A DNA stretch of 64,000 bases, taken from the NCBI GenBank assembly GCA_951406725.2, contig OX597823.1:77438001-77502000 (forward strand), in the 5' to 3' direction. The translations under genes and the position numbers were made by a program. Source of the DNA: Octopus vulgaris. Its lineage: Eukaryota. Below, piece after piece: positions 12,538 through 26,904 of this stretch (its first letter is position 1; the number at the start of each line of letters is the position of its first letter). The notes under the pieces are model-generated. The model had not been told where the DNA came from. It made no database searches and was given only the letters and a program-made list of their open reading frames with translations.

Positions 12538-12847
12538 TGTATCTATACCTGTTGGTATAGTCTATCATACTTTATAATGCATATTTAGGGGAGTCATTAT
12601 GTGGGTGCTTCGCATAGTAAAAATAGCAGCCAATTCTCCCTCAACAAAACTCCTTTTTTTAAAAACAGTGAAGTACATATTAAATTATGGTTGTGTATCT
12701 ATACCTGTTGGTCTATCATACTTTATAATGCATATGTAAGGGAGTCATTATGTGGGTGCTTCGCATAGTAAAAATAGCATCCAATTCTCCCTCAAAAAAC
12801 CTCCTTTTTAAAAAAAAACAGTGAAGTTCATATTAAATTATGGTTGT
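12538..12847 (+). repeat. Tandem duplication, ~155-bp unit x2
   Basis: tgtatctatacctgttgg...tattaaattatggttgt at 12538-12693 and 12694-12847. Confidence 0.9.
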
Positions 12848-14094
12848 CATTGATATTTTAAAAACTTAGGGTTAAACACAACCAACAACAACAACAACAA
12901 AATAAATCTCTGTAGGAACCCTATCATACAATTCTTATGCAAACATCATCATTAGGAAATTCTTTCATTTTATACCATGGGATAATCACCAGAATCAAAG
13001 ACTGCTAATTTACAAAGTCTATAACACTAAACTAGCATCCGACTGTGGTGGCTGTGTGCAGATCTGCCTTGCAAACTGCCAAATTGGTTATAGTGCAGAG
13101 TTTTATTCAATACCCCCTCTCTCAGAATTGGAAATCAATTCCTTGATTTGTCTGTAAATGGTTAAAGAAAGTAATAGAAGTGAGGTGAGTCATAGAAAAA
13201 TCAAAGTGTTTGTGTGTATGTTACACAATTGCTGTTTATGAGTGTATGTGTGTGATATTTGTGCAAGTGAATACGTGAGTTGTGTACATGAATTTGTGTA
13301 TATGTTTGTGTATGCTTTTGCTCTGTGCTTTAAAGCATATTGCTTACAAGTGAGGGTATGTTTATAGATCTGTGTGTATGCAATTTTATTTATATAACGC
13401 ACACACACACATAGCGAGTGTATGTTTATAGATTTCTATGTAATTTGATATATATATATATATATATATATAAAAAAAAAAAAATGGCAGTACATCAGCA
13501 TGGCCAAAGCTCTGAAATGAAACTACAGAAAAATATATATATAGGGGAACTATGTCTGAAAGGTTAAGAAATTTGCTTCATAATCAAGTGGTCCTGGGTT
13601 CAACTCCACTAGGAGAAAATGCTATTTTCTATAGCTCCAAGGTCAACCCAAACCATAAAGGTAAAATTAGGAAGACAGAAACTGCAGTGAAGCCTATTAA
13701 ATGGATCATATCTAAAATTCAAAAATGCAGGTTTGTAACAATGTGTCACATGGATTCCAACTGAGAACTATGTAATAAAGAGATGTCTGTGGAGTACCCA
13801 GCCACTTATATTCTTATTCAATGAGATGAGATTGGTAGCTCACTTAATTGAACAACTGAGAACTCCCCTCTCTGTACCTTGGTGGGGTGTCTTGACACAT
13901 ACCCACCACTCTCTCACACTAATTCTTTCCATCTCTATCTTTCTCTCCTAGCCTCTCTTTCTCTCTTTTCTTCTTGTATCTATTCTATAGTAAGGCACCT
14001 ATCTCTATCCCTTCTATTTCTCTTTTAATCTCTAACCAACTGGCACAAAGCCATCTCCCTCCATACACTTCCCTACACCCCAGTCAAGGGAATT

Positions 14095-14331
14095 TTCTTA
14101 TGTCTTGCAAGTTATTTGTAACTCCAACGGTGTTGGTGCCACAAAAAAAAAACCACCCGATACACTCCGTAAAATGGTTGGCATTAGGAAGGACATCCAA
14201 CCATAGAAAACATGCCAAAGCTGACAATGAAGATTGGCACAGCCCTGTGGCTTGCCAGATCTTGGCAAACAGTCCAATTCACACCAGTATGGAAAACGGA
14301 TGTTAGATGAGGGTGATGATGATGATGATGA
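14095..14331 (+). mobile_element. SINE family C (ggttggcattaggaagggcatccag domain, (GAT)n tail)
   Basis: Homologous to 53186-53453. Confidence 0.75.
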
Positions 14332-15789
14332 TACCACACACACCCCCATACCCCATACACACACACACCCACACAAACCTACCTATAAAACATAGAGACA
14401 TGCAATATATTATATTTATTCTGACTGAAGGCTGTAACCTGGAAGAATGATTACCACACCAGACACAACGCTTAGCAGCATTTCTTTTGGCTTTGTGTTC
14501 TAAGTTCAAATGCCATCAATGTCGACATCGCCTTTCCTTCTTTCAGGAAAACAGGGACTAAAAAAATCTAGGAGAATACCTCTTTAAGCCCTCTATGGAA
14601 ATAGAAATAGAACCTAGCTAAATAAATCGTCCATTTATTACAACCGCAATCAGTATGTAGTTGTTCTTTTCTGGCGACAGGTATAATTTATAAATTCAAC
14701 AGCAAACACCTATTAAATGCAGTGTATTTATCACAGAGTATATTAGAAAAGACATAAAGAATGAGGATGCATTATCAACAATTTATTTAGCTTATATATG
14801 TTTCGAATAGTCTGGCGTACTGCAATACACATATTTAGTTGGTTCTTCATTTCATTGACTAAATTACTAAGTTGCTATGCCATTCTTTTCAAAACCAGAA
14901 TACTTCTGCTGAATTTTGTTTGCATTGGGATAATGTGGAAAGAGTTGACAAGTAATAAATTCCAGTCCACAGTTTCCATTTTATTGTCCACTGTCTAGGC
15001 AAAAAGAAATATCTTTATCGGATGTTCTTAGTTAATGACAGCTAGAAGTTGTATGTATACTGTCAAGATAAAATTGTAATTTAATCTGAAGAGTTGTTAA
15101 GTGCAACTTAATTAGTTGTAGAAGACAGAATGAATTTCTTGGAACTATAAAAGAAACTCAGTATCTACTAAGAAAAATATGCTTATGACTGTTGGAGGAA
15201 ATTTTATGAAGTCAAATTACATTAAATAAATAAATAAATAAATAAAATGAAAATATGGCATATGTACACACTCACACACATACTGTATAAATGCATGCAC
15301 ATATATGCACATATACACATACACGAACTTATAACTATTTATACATATATACATACCCGCGAGCATACATATGAAAGTATACACACGTATATATATCTTT
15401 ATGTAAACATATATATATACACTCTCACACACACACATTTTAAGTATGAATACATTTGCCTATTAATCCTGATTACAGACTTACAGTGAATTTTTTAAAT
15501 TTTCAAGGGAGGAATATCTCAAATTTAATTAAAGAGTGAAACAAAGTTGAAAAAGAGGAATCATTGAAACATGATACATTGACTAAACAATAAATTTCTA
15601 TATCTGTTTGTAGATGATTCAATATATCATAAATATACGTTAGTCCCTGTAAAGAAGTATATTCTATAGTAAGGCAAGTAAGAACACATAACTTATATAT
15701 TCATATATTATCAGGGAATGCTAATTAAATAGTATATTTATTTGGTAAAACTTGGGAAGTTCTTTTAGAATAATGTGAGCAGTGTAATG

Positions 15790-16019
15790 TTAACCCTTTT
15801 GTTACCATATTTCTGTTCAGATGCTCTGTGTTTCTTTCAATTAATTTTAAATATAACAAAGAATTTAGTAAAATAACTTAGTTATCATTAAGTTAGTGTT
15901 AAGAACATAAATTGTGACTAAGATTTGGTGGAAGATATTAATTCAGAATTTTTGAAAAGAAGTTATTTGTACTACAGAGCTAGAGGCTGTTTCAGCCAGG
16001 TTGGTATTAAAAAGGTTAA
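15790..16019. mobile_element. piggyBac-like MITE
   Basis: TTAA-cccttttgttacca ... tggtattaaaaagg-TTAA: TTAA target duplication and imperfect TIRs. Confidence 0.7.
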
Positions 16020-16067
16020 TTCATTATGCTTAATTATTAGGTTTGAACTGTATTTAAGGATTTACAT

Positions 16068-16442
16068 CAGTGGTTTTCAACTGGGCACCTTATGACCTCT
16101 GGGGGTTCATATAAGAATTTTGGGATTCTATGGAAGCAAAATAGAAGTGGGAGGTCAATGAAAACAATTTTGCTTTTGGATATATTTATTGCAAGAGACA
16201 GCCTAGTTGTTTCTCTGATGCTTTATATAGTTTAACATGTTTCCAACCTCTGTATCGTGTCCTCTCAGAGGGTGTTATTGTAAACCTACAAAGGTGAATG
16301 CCTGAAAAACAAAACAGGAATTTTGAAAGAGGTATCTATAAAAAAAACTAGTTTCTAAGCATCAAATGGCTATGGGGTCCCACCAGATTAAAATAGTAAT
16401 CAAAAAGGGTCCATAAGTAAAAAGAATATTTGAGAATCATTG
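16068..16442. mobile_element. hAT-like MITE
   Basis: TIRs cagtggttttcaa / ttgagaatcattg and subterminal ggggtcc motifs. The 8-bp TSD is not clearly preserved. Confidence 0.55.
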
Positions 16443-17622
16443 ATCTCCTTGAGATATAAATTGCATCTAACATTCCCTCCATTTTATGGTAGGACACTTC
16501 CTATTACAAGTCATTCAATAAAGTATCTAATATCAGTCTCTTTAAATGATGAAGAATATGAATAGGAACAAACTACTGTTCTATTTGTTGTTAGAGAAAC
16601 AGTAAACAATCTCGGATGTACATGTTTGGCAAATGACTTTAGGAACATGAGTTAAAATTAAAACAATTACATTTTATTGATGAGTCAATTTAGCCAATGA
16701 AAACACACAGAGCATATCATAGTAACTATTAGAGTAGGTGCAGATGAGGCCATGTTGTTAAGAAGTTTGTTCCCCAGAAACTGAAAGAAGCCTTTCATAT
16801 GTGTGTGTGTGTGCGTGCATGCATGCATGTGTGTATTTGTGTCTCTCTGTCTCAACATTACATAATTGTGGTAAATGAATATCATTCATTTCCAATATTC
16901 TGTGAACACACGTTTGGCCATGCAGAACGTTACCTTGCTGCAAAGAAGTAGCGCTTGGCAACAGGAAGGATATCCAGCCATAGAAAATCTGATTTGTGAT
17001 TCAATAAATTCTGTCTAAAAAGTGGATGTTAAAACAATGGTGTCGATTCATTTGTTTCTAAAAAATACATTTTATGATAAACAACTGAAAAATTTTGTTG
17101 TATTTCTGCAACAAAGTTATTAGTTGAATTCTACAGTATCTGTTAAAAATCAGTGACTGTTGACTTTTTTAGCCTCAAGAGATATTTCCAACCTTTTTCC
17201 TTTTTTTTCTCTTGTTGCATTCTTTTCTTTGGTTTCCTCCAATTTTAAGCATGTTTAATGCTTAATGCATTTCTTTATGCATTTCTTGTTTGGTTTTTAT
17301 TTTTTGACTTTGGTCATTTGGGTCTACTGTATTATTCCTGCTTCAATTTTTGACATATTGGTCTTTAATCGCTTTCAAATTCAATTCTATGTTTTCTCAA
17401 ATACACACACACACGCACACACACATATATACATATATACAATGATGATGATGATGAGGATACACATACACATATATATATAGATACACATACACATATA
17501 TATATATGTTTATCTATCTATCTTTCTATCTATCTATCTATCTATATATATATATATATATATATCTTTCTATCTATCTATCCATCTATCTCTTTATATA
17601 TATATATATATATATATACCTG

Positions 17623-17655
<33 letters not shown>

Positions 17656-18688
17656 GCATATACATATATATGAATGCATATATACATATACAAATACGCA
17701 AGGAGATATATATACATATATATATGTAAAAACACACACACACATTCACACACACACACACATATCTACTGTAATGGCATAAGTGCGTGAGGACGTAATT
17801 TTTATTTTATAATGTTATTTCTTTTCATTTAGCAAGATTATTTTTATCTTTATATATTTTTTTCATCATAACAGTGTAATATATCAACTTAGCATGAATC
17901 TAATTTTAATAGACTTGTACTATAAGCAGATATTTTAAATATACTTTCTGACAATTTATATATATAAAAAGTGAACTGTGTCTCCAAACTTTCACAACCA
18001 AACCCCCATGAGAAGAATAAAAAAAAAAGAAATACTATTAAAATTCTATTAATAAGTAATATTTATGAGGAAAAAAGAGAAGACAGTGATGATAATAATA
18101 AATAATTTGAATAATAGATAAATATACAATACTTTGGGGAAGCTTAAGTGAGGAAATGAAAGCAAAAATGAATAAGAACTCACAGGTCTGTAGGTCAAAC
18201 TGCAACAATACAGGAGGCCCATAGATACAAACTTCAACTAGCAAACAAATAGAAAATAAGTAATAAATAAAGGACTAACAAACACTTTAAAGGTTGTATA
18301 TTATATTGACATGCTTAAAGTTGAAGGTAACTAAGAATACAAACATATGAGAGAAAATAAAAGGAGAAAGCGAAAACAATCAAAGAAATAGAATGGTAAG
18401 GAATGAACTGGAAAGAACTCCCAAAGGTTATAAAAACTTGGCAGTGACTGATTCTCAACTGATGCAGTGAAATTTTGTCTATAACCAGGTTCCAGAAGAA
18501 TAAGAAAAATATTTTGACACTTCATAATAGATTGTGCTATGAAGAAATATATGAAAAGGCGATCTTATGTATTAGCTTCAGATGGCTGGAGTAAGATTTG
18601 CACAATGCAGTTGTTATATATTATATACATATATATTATATAATTATATAATATATAATACACACATATATATATACACATATTTATA

Positions 18689-19028
18689 AGCGTAGGAGTG
18701 GCTGTGTGGTAAGTAGCTTGCTTACCAACCACATGGTTACGGGTTCAGTCCCACTATGTGGCACCTTGGGCAAGTGTCTTCTACTATAGCCTTGGGCTGA
18801 CCAAAGCCTTGTGAGTGGATTTGGTAGACAGAAACTGAAAGAAGCCCATCGTAAATATGTATATATATGTGTGTGTTTGTATGTTTGTGAGTCTGTGTTT
18901 GTCCCCCCAACGTTGCTTGACAACTGATGCTGGTGTGTTTATGTCCCCGTAACTTAGCGGTTCAGCAAAAGAGCCTGATAGAATAAGTACTAGGCTTACA
19001 AAGAATAAGTCCTGGGGTCGATTTGCTC
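18689..19028 (+). mobile_element. SINE family A, 3'-truncated
   Basis: Near-identical to the 11382 copy. Confidence 0.9.
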
Positions 19029-19155
19029 TTCATTAAGAATCTCAGACACCGGTATTTTAAGCTATTTTGGTCATTTCCTTGAGCATCCAATAACACTATA
19101 CTTGTTCCTCGTCCTCACGTTGTTGTGTTTTCTCTTTGTTCATGTTTGAATTAAC

Positions 19156-19187
<32 letters not shown>

Positions 19188-20951
19188 ATAAAGATTAAAT
19201 CACTATAAACGAATCATCTGAGTGATTGTTCAGTAAAAAGTTGCAGAACTCTCATCCATCATCTAACGTTGGGAGAGTCCATAATATGTAATATGCCTTG
19301 GACAAGGCCTTGTGCCAAAGCTTCAATTTGCTACATGATTGTTAACTAAAATCAATCAGAGCAAAACTTCATTGAACAAATTCTTCTTATTCTTGAAATA
19401 CAAACTTAATTTGCTGCATTGTTTAACACCACCATCTTTGTCCTTGGACGTCATTTATAGAGCTTACTTCATTTATATCTGAACTTCGTTTATATATTGT
19501 TTCTTTCTTTGGCAATCCACAAGTTGTGATTTTTACCCTTTCTTACATTCACCAGTCTTTGAGTTCTTGCAAAAGTGTATTATGGACATTGCCATTCTTC
19601 TTCAGATTATAACATGAAAAAAAAATTTTTGAGTAGATGTACTCAGAACTTAAAACAAGAGCCCAGCTGGAATCAACCCCATATGTTCTTCAGTGAGATT
19701 TCACTGTAATTGCCATTATATACACCAAAGTATTCACAAGACAACAAGAGATAAGGTGTGCATTCAATTAGCACAAACTTTCAGCCAGTATTGACTTTTT
19801 TTGTTATATTAGCTTAGTATATTATCTGAACAAAACACTGTTTAAAGAAAACATTGTAAGTACATATTTATTGTTCAATCCTAGCTTACACATCATTAAA
19901 GAGAAACACAAACACATACAACTACCTAGCACATATACACACACACATACATGCACCCACACACACACACACGTTTAGCATACACACTGTCAACATACAC
20001 ATAGATAGCGTAGAGGGTTAAAATATCTGCTCAAATCAGATTATTCACTTATACACACATTATAGACATACAGATGAGTACATACACACAATTACACAAA
20101 CACATGTGTATATATACACACATGCACAAGGACACACACACACCTGCATATAGACACAAGCACACGCTCTCACATAAAGACTTATATCTACATGCTTGCA
20201 CATACACTTGATTCTGGGTGTTTGTTTGTCTCTTGGTGTATAAGAAATGTAATAACAGGTGTCTAACTCCTCTGAGACAAACAATTTCGCTAGTACTTAA
20301 TTTGATTGTGTACCAATGTTTGAAGAAGCCACTCCCATCTTTCTATATAAATCTGTCTTACAAAGAAATTCGTATTTTTAGCTTCTTTCTTGACTAAGTG
20401 CAAACAAAATAAAGAAAAAGATTGCAGAATAATTTTACCGTTATTTTTTTTATCACAAAGAATTCTTATTTATCAAAACTACTGATATTTTTGTTTAGGT
20501 AAGATGATTTAGAAAAAATGAGATATCAGATTCTTTTCTTTGCTTCTAATCTTAAAACTTTGTCAAAATATTAAAATAACTTTTCGCTTTTCTAGTTGTA
20601 GCTTAATCTTCAGATATGTCCAGATCACGCTGATCTGTGATTGAAGGTATTCCAGCTATGACCATCATGCTTTGTTTTTGTTTTTTTTGCTGTCTTTTTA
20701 ATAAGCATAGAAATACCTGTGTGGGTTACAAACTCACTTTGCAACTATATGGTTTCAGGTTCAGTCCCATTGTGTGACACCTTGGACACATGTTTGGACA
20801 CATGTCTTCTACTACAGCTCCAGGCTGATCAAAGCTTTATAAGGCTTTAGAATTGGTTTTAGATAGGTTACTGATATTTTGGTAAGGCAGGTTTAGTCTG
20901 TGTGTTGTTCATCATCATCACCATTGTCCTCCTCCTCCTCCTCCTCCTCCT

Positions 20952-21145
20952 CCTCATCATCATCATCCCTTAACGTCTGTTTTCCATGCTGGCATGGGTT
21001 GGACAGTTTGACCAGAGTTGGTAAGTTGAAGAGCTGCACCAGGGTCCAGTCTGATTTGACTTGGTTTCCATGACTGGATGCCCTTCCTAATACCAACCAC
21101 TTTACAGCATGTGCTGGGTGCTTTTTATGTGGCACTGGCACTGGG
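20952..21145 (-). mobile_element. SINE family C
   Basis: catcatc..aacgtctgttttccatgctggcatgggttggac...ctggatgcccttcctaa. Confidence 0.8.
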
Positions 21146-22664
21146 ACTCTTGCAGTTCAATCCTCTTCACTAGAAGTGGCCTTAACACTTCTGCTGTGGA
21201 GGACAGGTCTTCTTAAATACTACAAGGAGCCAAATATTTTGGTCCTTCACCATCTATGTTAAAACCAAGTCAATTTGAAGCTTTTAAGGAAAACATTTAT
21301 TTACGCATAAACATACCAATGATCAATAGTTACTTGCTTTAGACTATATTACTTGTTACTAGTAGTGAATAATGTATATAACTTGGCTAAGAATTAGATA
21401 GTTATATCTTCATGTGGAGTGGGAAGTGAGAATGAAGAATGTCCTCTGTCGGTGCTTGGAAAAATGCATTGTAGACAGAGTGACACATGTTAACCTGAGG
21501 TTGAGCATTTGTCTCGGAATCCCATTCTATAGAATTTCCCAGCGTCTGCTCTGATGGTCCCATGTGTCTATATAAACAATGCTTTAACAAGAAATTCATT
21601 TAATATTCATTGATTGTAGAATTGAGGCTGAAATACTATTGGCGTTAGATTTATATACATTCACCATTTCTGTATTATATCTGTGGCCGAGACATAATAG
21701 CGCCGAAACAGCCCAGTTCACTTAGCTTTAAATAGGTATTGTATGATACGGACACAACACTGCTATAATCAGTACTGAAAAATTGACAAACATTTCATTA
21801 ACTTATAATAACAAGGTCGTCTTTCCCCATGAGTATTGTTAGTTGAGAGAAGAGCCTTAGTCAATAAGCTTACTTGCTCTATATACACCTCTATGGAGAA
21901 ATATAGTCAGGTGAAGACTAGGCCTTAATCAATAAGTTGAATACTCCAGATACATTGCTTGAAAAGCCATAATTAGATAAAAGATGAACCTCATCTAATT
22001 AAATCTCATGTAGCTCATTTGCTCTAGATATACTACAAGGAGAGACAAAAATTAAGGTGAAACACAATTCAACCAATAAGTTCATTTGCTGTAGATACAT
22101 TCCGTAGAGAGAGAATGGGAGAGACAATGTTTTAACTGCTATCCTATCATCATATGGAACTCCTAACCAAAGCATAGAAAATCATAATGCTTCAAGTGGA
22201 ACCCTTCCTGAGAGAATGCGTAAACCAATTTATTCCAAAAGTGGCATAAATTGATTTTCTCATGGAAAACCAATTTATTCCACTTTTGAGCAGTTTGTTG
22301 CCACTAATTGCTGATTGTGTGGACCACCATTGGTTTCTCCCAGGTCTTGCTGTTTTATTTATTGAAAATCATAATTGTAATTAGGGATTTCCCATTATTT
22401 TTTTTTAATTCTTGTATGGTAAATAAAACGTGTGAAGAACAGTACTGATGAACTTTTTGCAGAGTCTTCTGAAACAGCTGGTAAGAAAGAGACAAAGAAA
22501 CTACAACTCTTGGATGACTACTGTAGGATGCAATAACTCATGACATTATATTTTGCAGTTGATCTAAAGTTATGATAGGAAACAACTGAATTTGAATCTG
22601 CGTAGTGGTTTCCAACCTGGAACCTTGTAATTATGAAATGGACTAGAACTACATACTACTTTTA

Positions 22665-23066
22665 TTATTTTATTATTTTACTTATTTCTGTCATTGAAAT
22701 GCAGCCATGTTAGAGCCCTATTAGGACCCTGTTATGAAGGGTTTAGTTGAACAAATCAACCACAATACTTACATTTTTTTTTTTAAAGTCTGGTACTTAC
22801 TCTATAAATCTCTTTTGCCAAGCCACTAAGTTACATGGACATAAACAAACCAACATTGGTTGTCAAGCAATGGTGGGGTGACAAACATTAATACTCATAA
22901 TGTACAACTGACTTACTCACATTTTACCATCTACCAAATTAACATACAACCAATAAGGTGGTTTGCGGTTATAGAAGAATACACTTGCACAAGGTGCCAC
23001 ACGATGGGACTGAAACTGAAACCATATGGTTGAAAGCGAGCTTCTTAACCACACAGCCATGCCTGC
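22665..23066 (-). mobile_element. SINE family A, older diverged copy
   Basis: acacttgcacaaggtgccac...gggactgaa...accacacagcca. Confidence 0.75.
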
Positions 23067-24348
23067 CAAGTATATTTTAGTTACACATCGATTGGTTTCT
23101 CATTTGCGTGTTGGTATTTACCCATACTGAATTGTAATAAAAGAACAGTGTCTGTATCGCTGTCTTAAGTCTAATTCAATATGTCTTAAAGCATCTGTCT
23201 CTCTCTTTCTCTCTGTCTCCTCCTTTCTGTCTCTACATACACACACGGACAGACCCATCATAGATACAGACTATATATCACTTTCTCACACAAACATTCA
23301 ATCACCAGCCAACACACACACACACACACGTATCATACCTACATGATATACACACACATACATACATACATACATATATCTAGATACATAGATATTGCAT
23401 CCAATTTAAACGAAACACAGAACACTCATACATATTGTGTATACACACAGGCCTACACACATACATACACACGCACACACACATTTATGTATACATCTAT
23501 ATATATATATATATACACACAAACACACATATACATATACCATACAGGTAATAAGTAAAACAACCACAACACAAACATAACATAATTACACACACGACAC
23601 ACAATGCACTTACACACTCACACATTTATCACAAATACACTTTGCACAGAGACATACTTCTTGCACACACACACACATGCACACACACTCACACACACAC
23701 TCTCTCTCACACACACACACACACGCACACACACACACATATGTTGTTTGTTAACAATAGAATGCTGTTGTCACGCCACATTCAACAATGGTGTGGCAAC
23801 GAGCCAGTGCCTTTATGAGTTCGTCCAATCTGCTAGAAATAGCAGTCAAATTACCTCAAATCACACCAAATTTAGAAAAGGGACATGTTATATTATGTGG
23901 TTCCGGATTTTCTACATATAAGCAAAAGGTGAGTTGGTCACAGCTGGAATGGATTTGATCATAGGTCTACTCAGTCAGAGCTGACCTGGGTTAAACAACT
24001 ACATCAGCAACAGAACACATTTTGCACACACTTATATACACATAACTGACTTATACACAAACACAAATCACACATCAACATATACATTTTATATACACCC
24101 ATGGACACAGATATCACATACACATATATATAAATACAGAACATAATCTCTATTGCTTATATGTACATAAATAAACATGAACACGGCATAACAATATACA
24201 TACGCACACACACATACACAAATATGCATTTACACTAACATATAAACAGACAGACAAACACCGAGTCACAGATACACATATACACACAGTCACACATGGA
24301 TGCAGTCACACACATAAGTAAGCGCACATTTATGCAAAATACATAAAT

Positions 24349-24391
<43 letters not shown>

Positions 24392-24732
24392 CGATGATTC
24401 ACATAGACACTGCTATAGATCTACACACATGCAATAAATAAATGCACATGCATATGCATGCACACTTACAAATACTCACATGCAGGCATTGCATAACTAA
24501 AAGACGTCTCTTGCACACATATAATAAAAACATGTGCGATCACAAACACACACACATGCATACACATGATAAACACACGTGCAGATGTAGTCACATGTGT
24601 GCACACTCAAAACTAGAAACATGCATGCACTCGCACACACACAGACACACAGGCATTGCATAACTGAAAGACATTCATAATACATACATATTTACACATA
24701 CACATACACACTCACTCACACACACATGCACA

Positions 24733-24837
24733 CACATACAGACATAGACACATCAACACACGTACGCACTCTCAAGCACACACTCACGCATGCATACATG
24801 AAGCAATGCATAACATAAAGACATCCACAACACATGT

Positions 24838-24878
<41 letters not shown>

Positions 24879-24993
24879 GCTTACTCACACACACATACAG
24901 ACATAGACACATCAACACACGTACACACTCTCAAGCACACACTCACGCATGCATACATGAAGCAATGTATAACATAAAGACATCCACAACATA
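24733..24993 (+). repeat. ~100-bp direct duplication within CA-rich low-complexity DNA
   Basis: catacagacatagacacatcaacacacgtac.cactctcaagcac...gacatccacaaca occurs twice. Confidence 0.8.
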
Positions 24994-25981
24994 CATACAC
25001 ACACACACTCACACACACACTCACTCACACACACACACACACACACACACACTTATTCGAACCAACATAGAGAGAAACAAGAGTATTTATTAAGGCAGAG
25101 GAAGAGAAAAAAAAAATGGCCGTTTTTCAACAATACAACTTACGAAGCATCTTAGACCATAGAATCTTGTCTAAAGAATCTGATTGTTGGCCAGCATGAA
25201 TACCATTGTTTGCTTAGATGGAGAATGACGAGCTGTTGGTATTGTTCCACTCCTGAAGTAGTAACTGAGTGTCTACAAATAGACAGTGCAGAAATGGAAA
25301 TCATGACTAGAAGGTTATTATAGTTGTGTGTACTATACAACAAATCCATTGAACTTTTCATTGGGAGAAGAAAAATAAAAACAAAATGATAGAAAGAAAC
25401 AGTTAAGTTGTCTCTTAAATAAAGACGTATCTTATCCACCTAGGGAAGCGAGAAGGGTTCTTTTGCAATTCTAACAGTTGTTGTTGCCGGTGATATTTAG
25501 ATGTTGTTTTGTTGCAGTAATTGTTCTTGCTGCTGCTGTTGTTGTTATTATGGTTGTTGTCATTGTTCTAGCCCCAGGTTAGCCCTTTTATGGAGAAGAC
25601 AGCCCAGTATATGACTGAATCATCCCTTGGTGATTCCTTTGTTTCTACTACAGGTGTTGTTGTGACTATTCTTGTGGTAGTGGAGCCCCCACCGCCCCAG
25701 GTCAGCTCCGATTGAACAGCCCTACCATGGACAATCACGATTCCATTATCTGATATTTCCATTGTATAATAATTTTTTTTTTATTTCTTATTTATTCATT
25801 TATTTAGTTTAGTAAAAGGCAGAGAATTGCTATTTTAATCAAATCTAGTCTTTTGCTTTCATGAAAGAACAAAAACACCAGAGCCAAGGGACAGACTTCC
25901 GTGCAGTCTCTATGCAATTCCAAGAAACAGAAGCCACTTATAAAAGGTGGTGTCATATATATATATATATATATATATATA

Positions 25982-26372
25982 CTAGCAGTATCGCCCGGCG
26001 TTGCTCGGGTTTGTTTCGACCCTTTAGAATTGGAATTTTTGAAAGTAAAAATTTTGCATTATGTAGCTTGATATTTTTTAAGTGAACATTTTTCTGGTTG
26101 AAATACACCTACAAATGGCGACACAGCAATCAAAAAACCGTAAAAAATAGGGGTTTTCATAGAAAAAAAATGCACCTTTTTGATGTAAATAATTTTTGGT
26201 GTTAACATGGTCCGATTTGAATTTTTTCTTCTATGGAAGAAAGAGCAAGCCTTCTTCTATCATACTCTTAATTTTGGTCAATGTGCACTGCAGGGTCTCG
26301 GAGGGGATAGTGTTAGTTGAAGGCTACCAAACCTGCCACATACAGACAACTTCTGCTTTATATACATAGCGA
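25982..26372 (-). mobile_element. Non-autonomous Helitron
   Basis: Minus strand ends cccgagcaacgccggg (GC hairpin)-cgatactg-CTAG|T, the canonical Helitron 3' terminus. The 5' end tc..tatgtatataaagc.gaagttgtctgtatgt is Helitron-like. Confidence 0.7.
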
Positions 26373-26561
26373 TATATAAAAATAAAGAAATATTTCATAG
26401 TGTATCCAAAACTTCATTCTCATATATCCTTAAAAGAAAACCAAAATCTGAGAAGCAAGAGATTTAGCTGTTCCTTTTGCTATCGTGCAGAAGTCCCTTC
26501 ATATTACCCCATCAACCATCCCCATGAGATCTGTACCCAGAAAACAAGCGATCAAGATAAA

Positions 26562-26791
26562 TTAACCCTTTAACATTCAAATTATTCTATCAAATGTAAT
26601 GCTTATTTGTTCACATTGTTTTTAACTTATCCTGCCATTATCTGGTAGCCTTGACATTCTGATTATGTGACAGTATAATTTTTAGACTAACATTGTTGGG
26701 TAGATGTAAGAAGCTGGATCTAGCCAGTTTGAACATAAAACAAGAAGAATATTGTGGCTGGATATGGCCGGTTTAAATGCTAAAGGGTTAA
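26562..26791. mobile_element. piggyBac-like MITE
   Basis: TTAA-ccctttaacatt ... aatgctaaaggg-TTAA. Confidence 0.8.
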
Positions 26792-26904
26792 TACATATCC
26801 TTTGATCCACTAATCAATGAAAGACCTACCATTTCTACTACCTTAATGTCTTACTAATTCTATTATTGTTACTGAGTGAGAGAGCAGTGCATACCATCAG
26901 AATG

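Noticed and set aside
15645-15665. tgtaaagaagtat resembling miR-1
   Set aside because: Lacks the TGGAATG seed and a hairpin.
21402-21547. Possible minus-strand terminal exon HMGPSEQTLGNS...HMKI*
   Set aside because: Weak acceptor, no homology recognised and no linked upstream coding exon.
21862-22110. CRISPR-like array
   Set aside because: Eukaryotic context, degenerate repeats, partly homologous linkers and no cas genes.
22441-22500. CTGATGA...GAAACAGCTGGT as a hammerhead
   Set aside because: Stem II is out of register with GAAA and there is no stem I. At best a heavily decayed relic.
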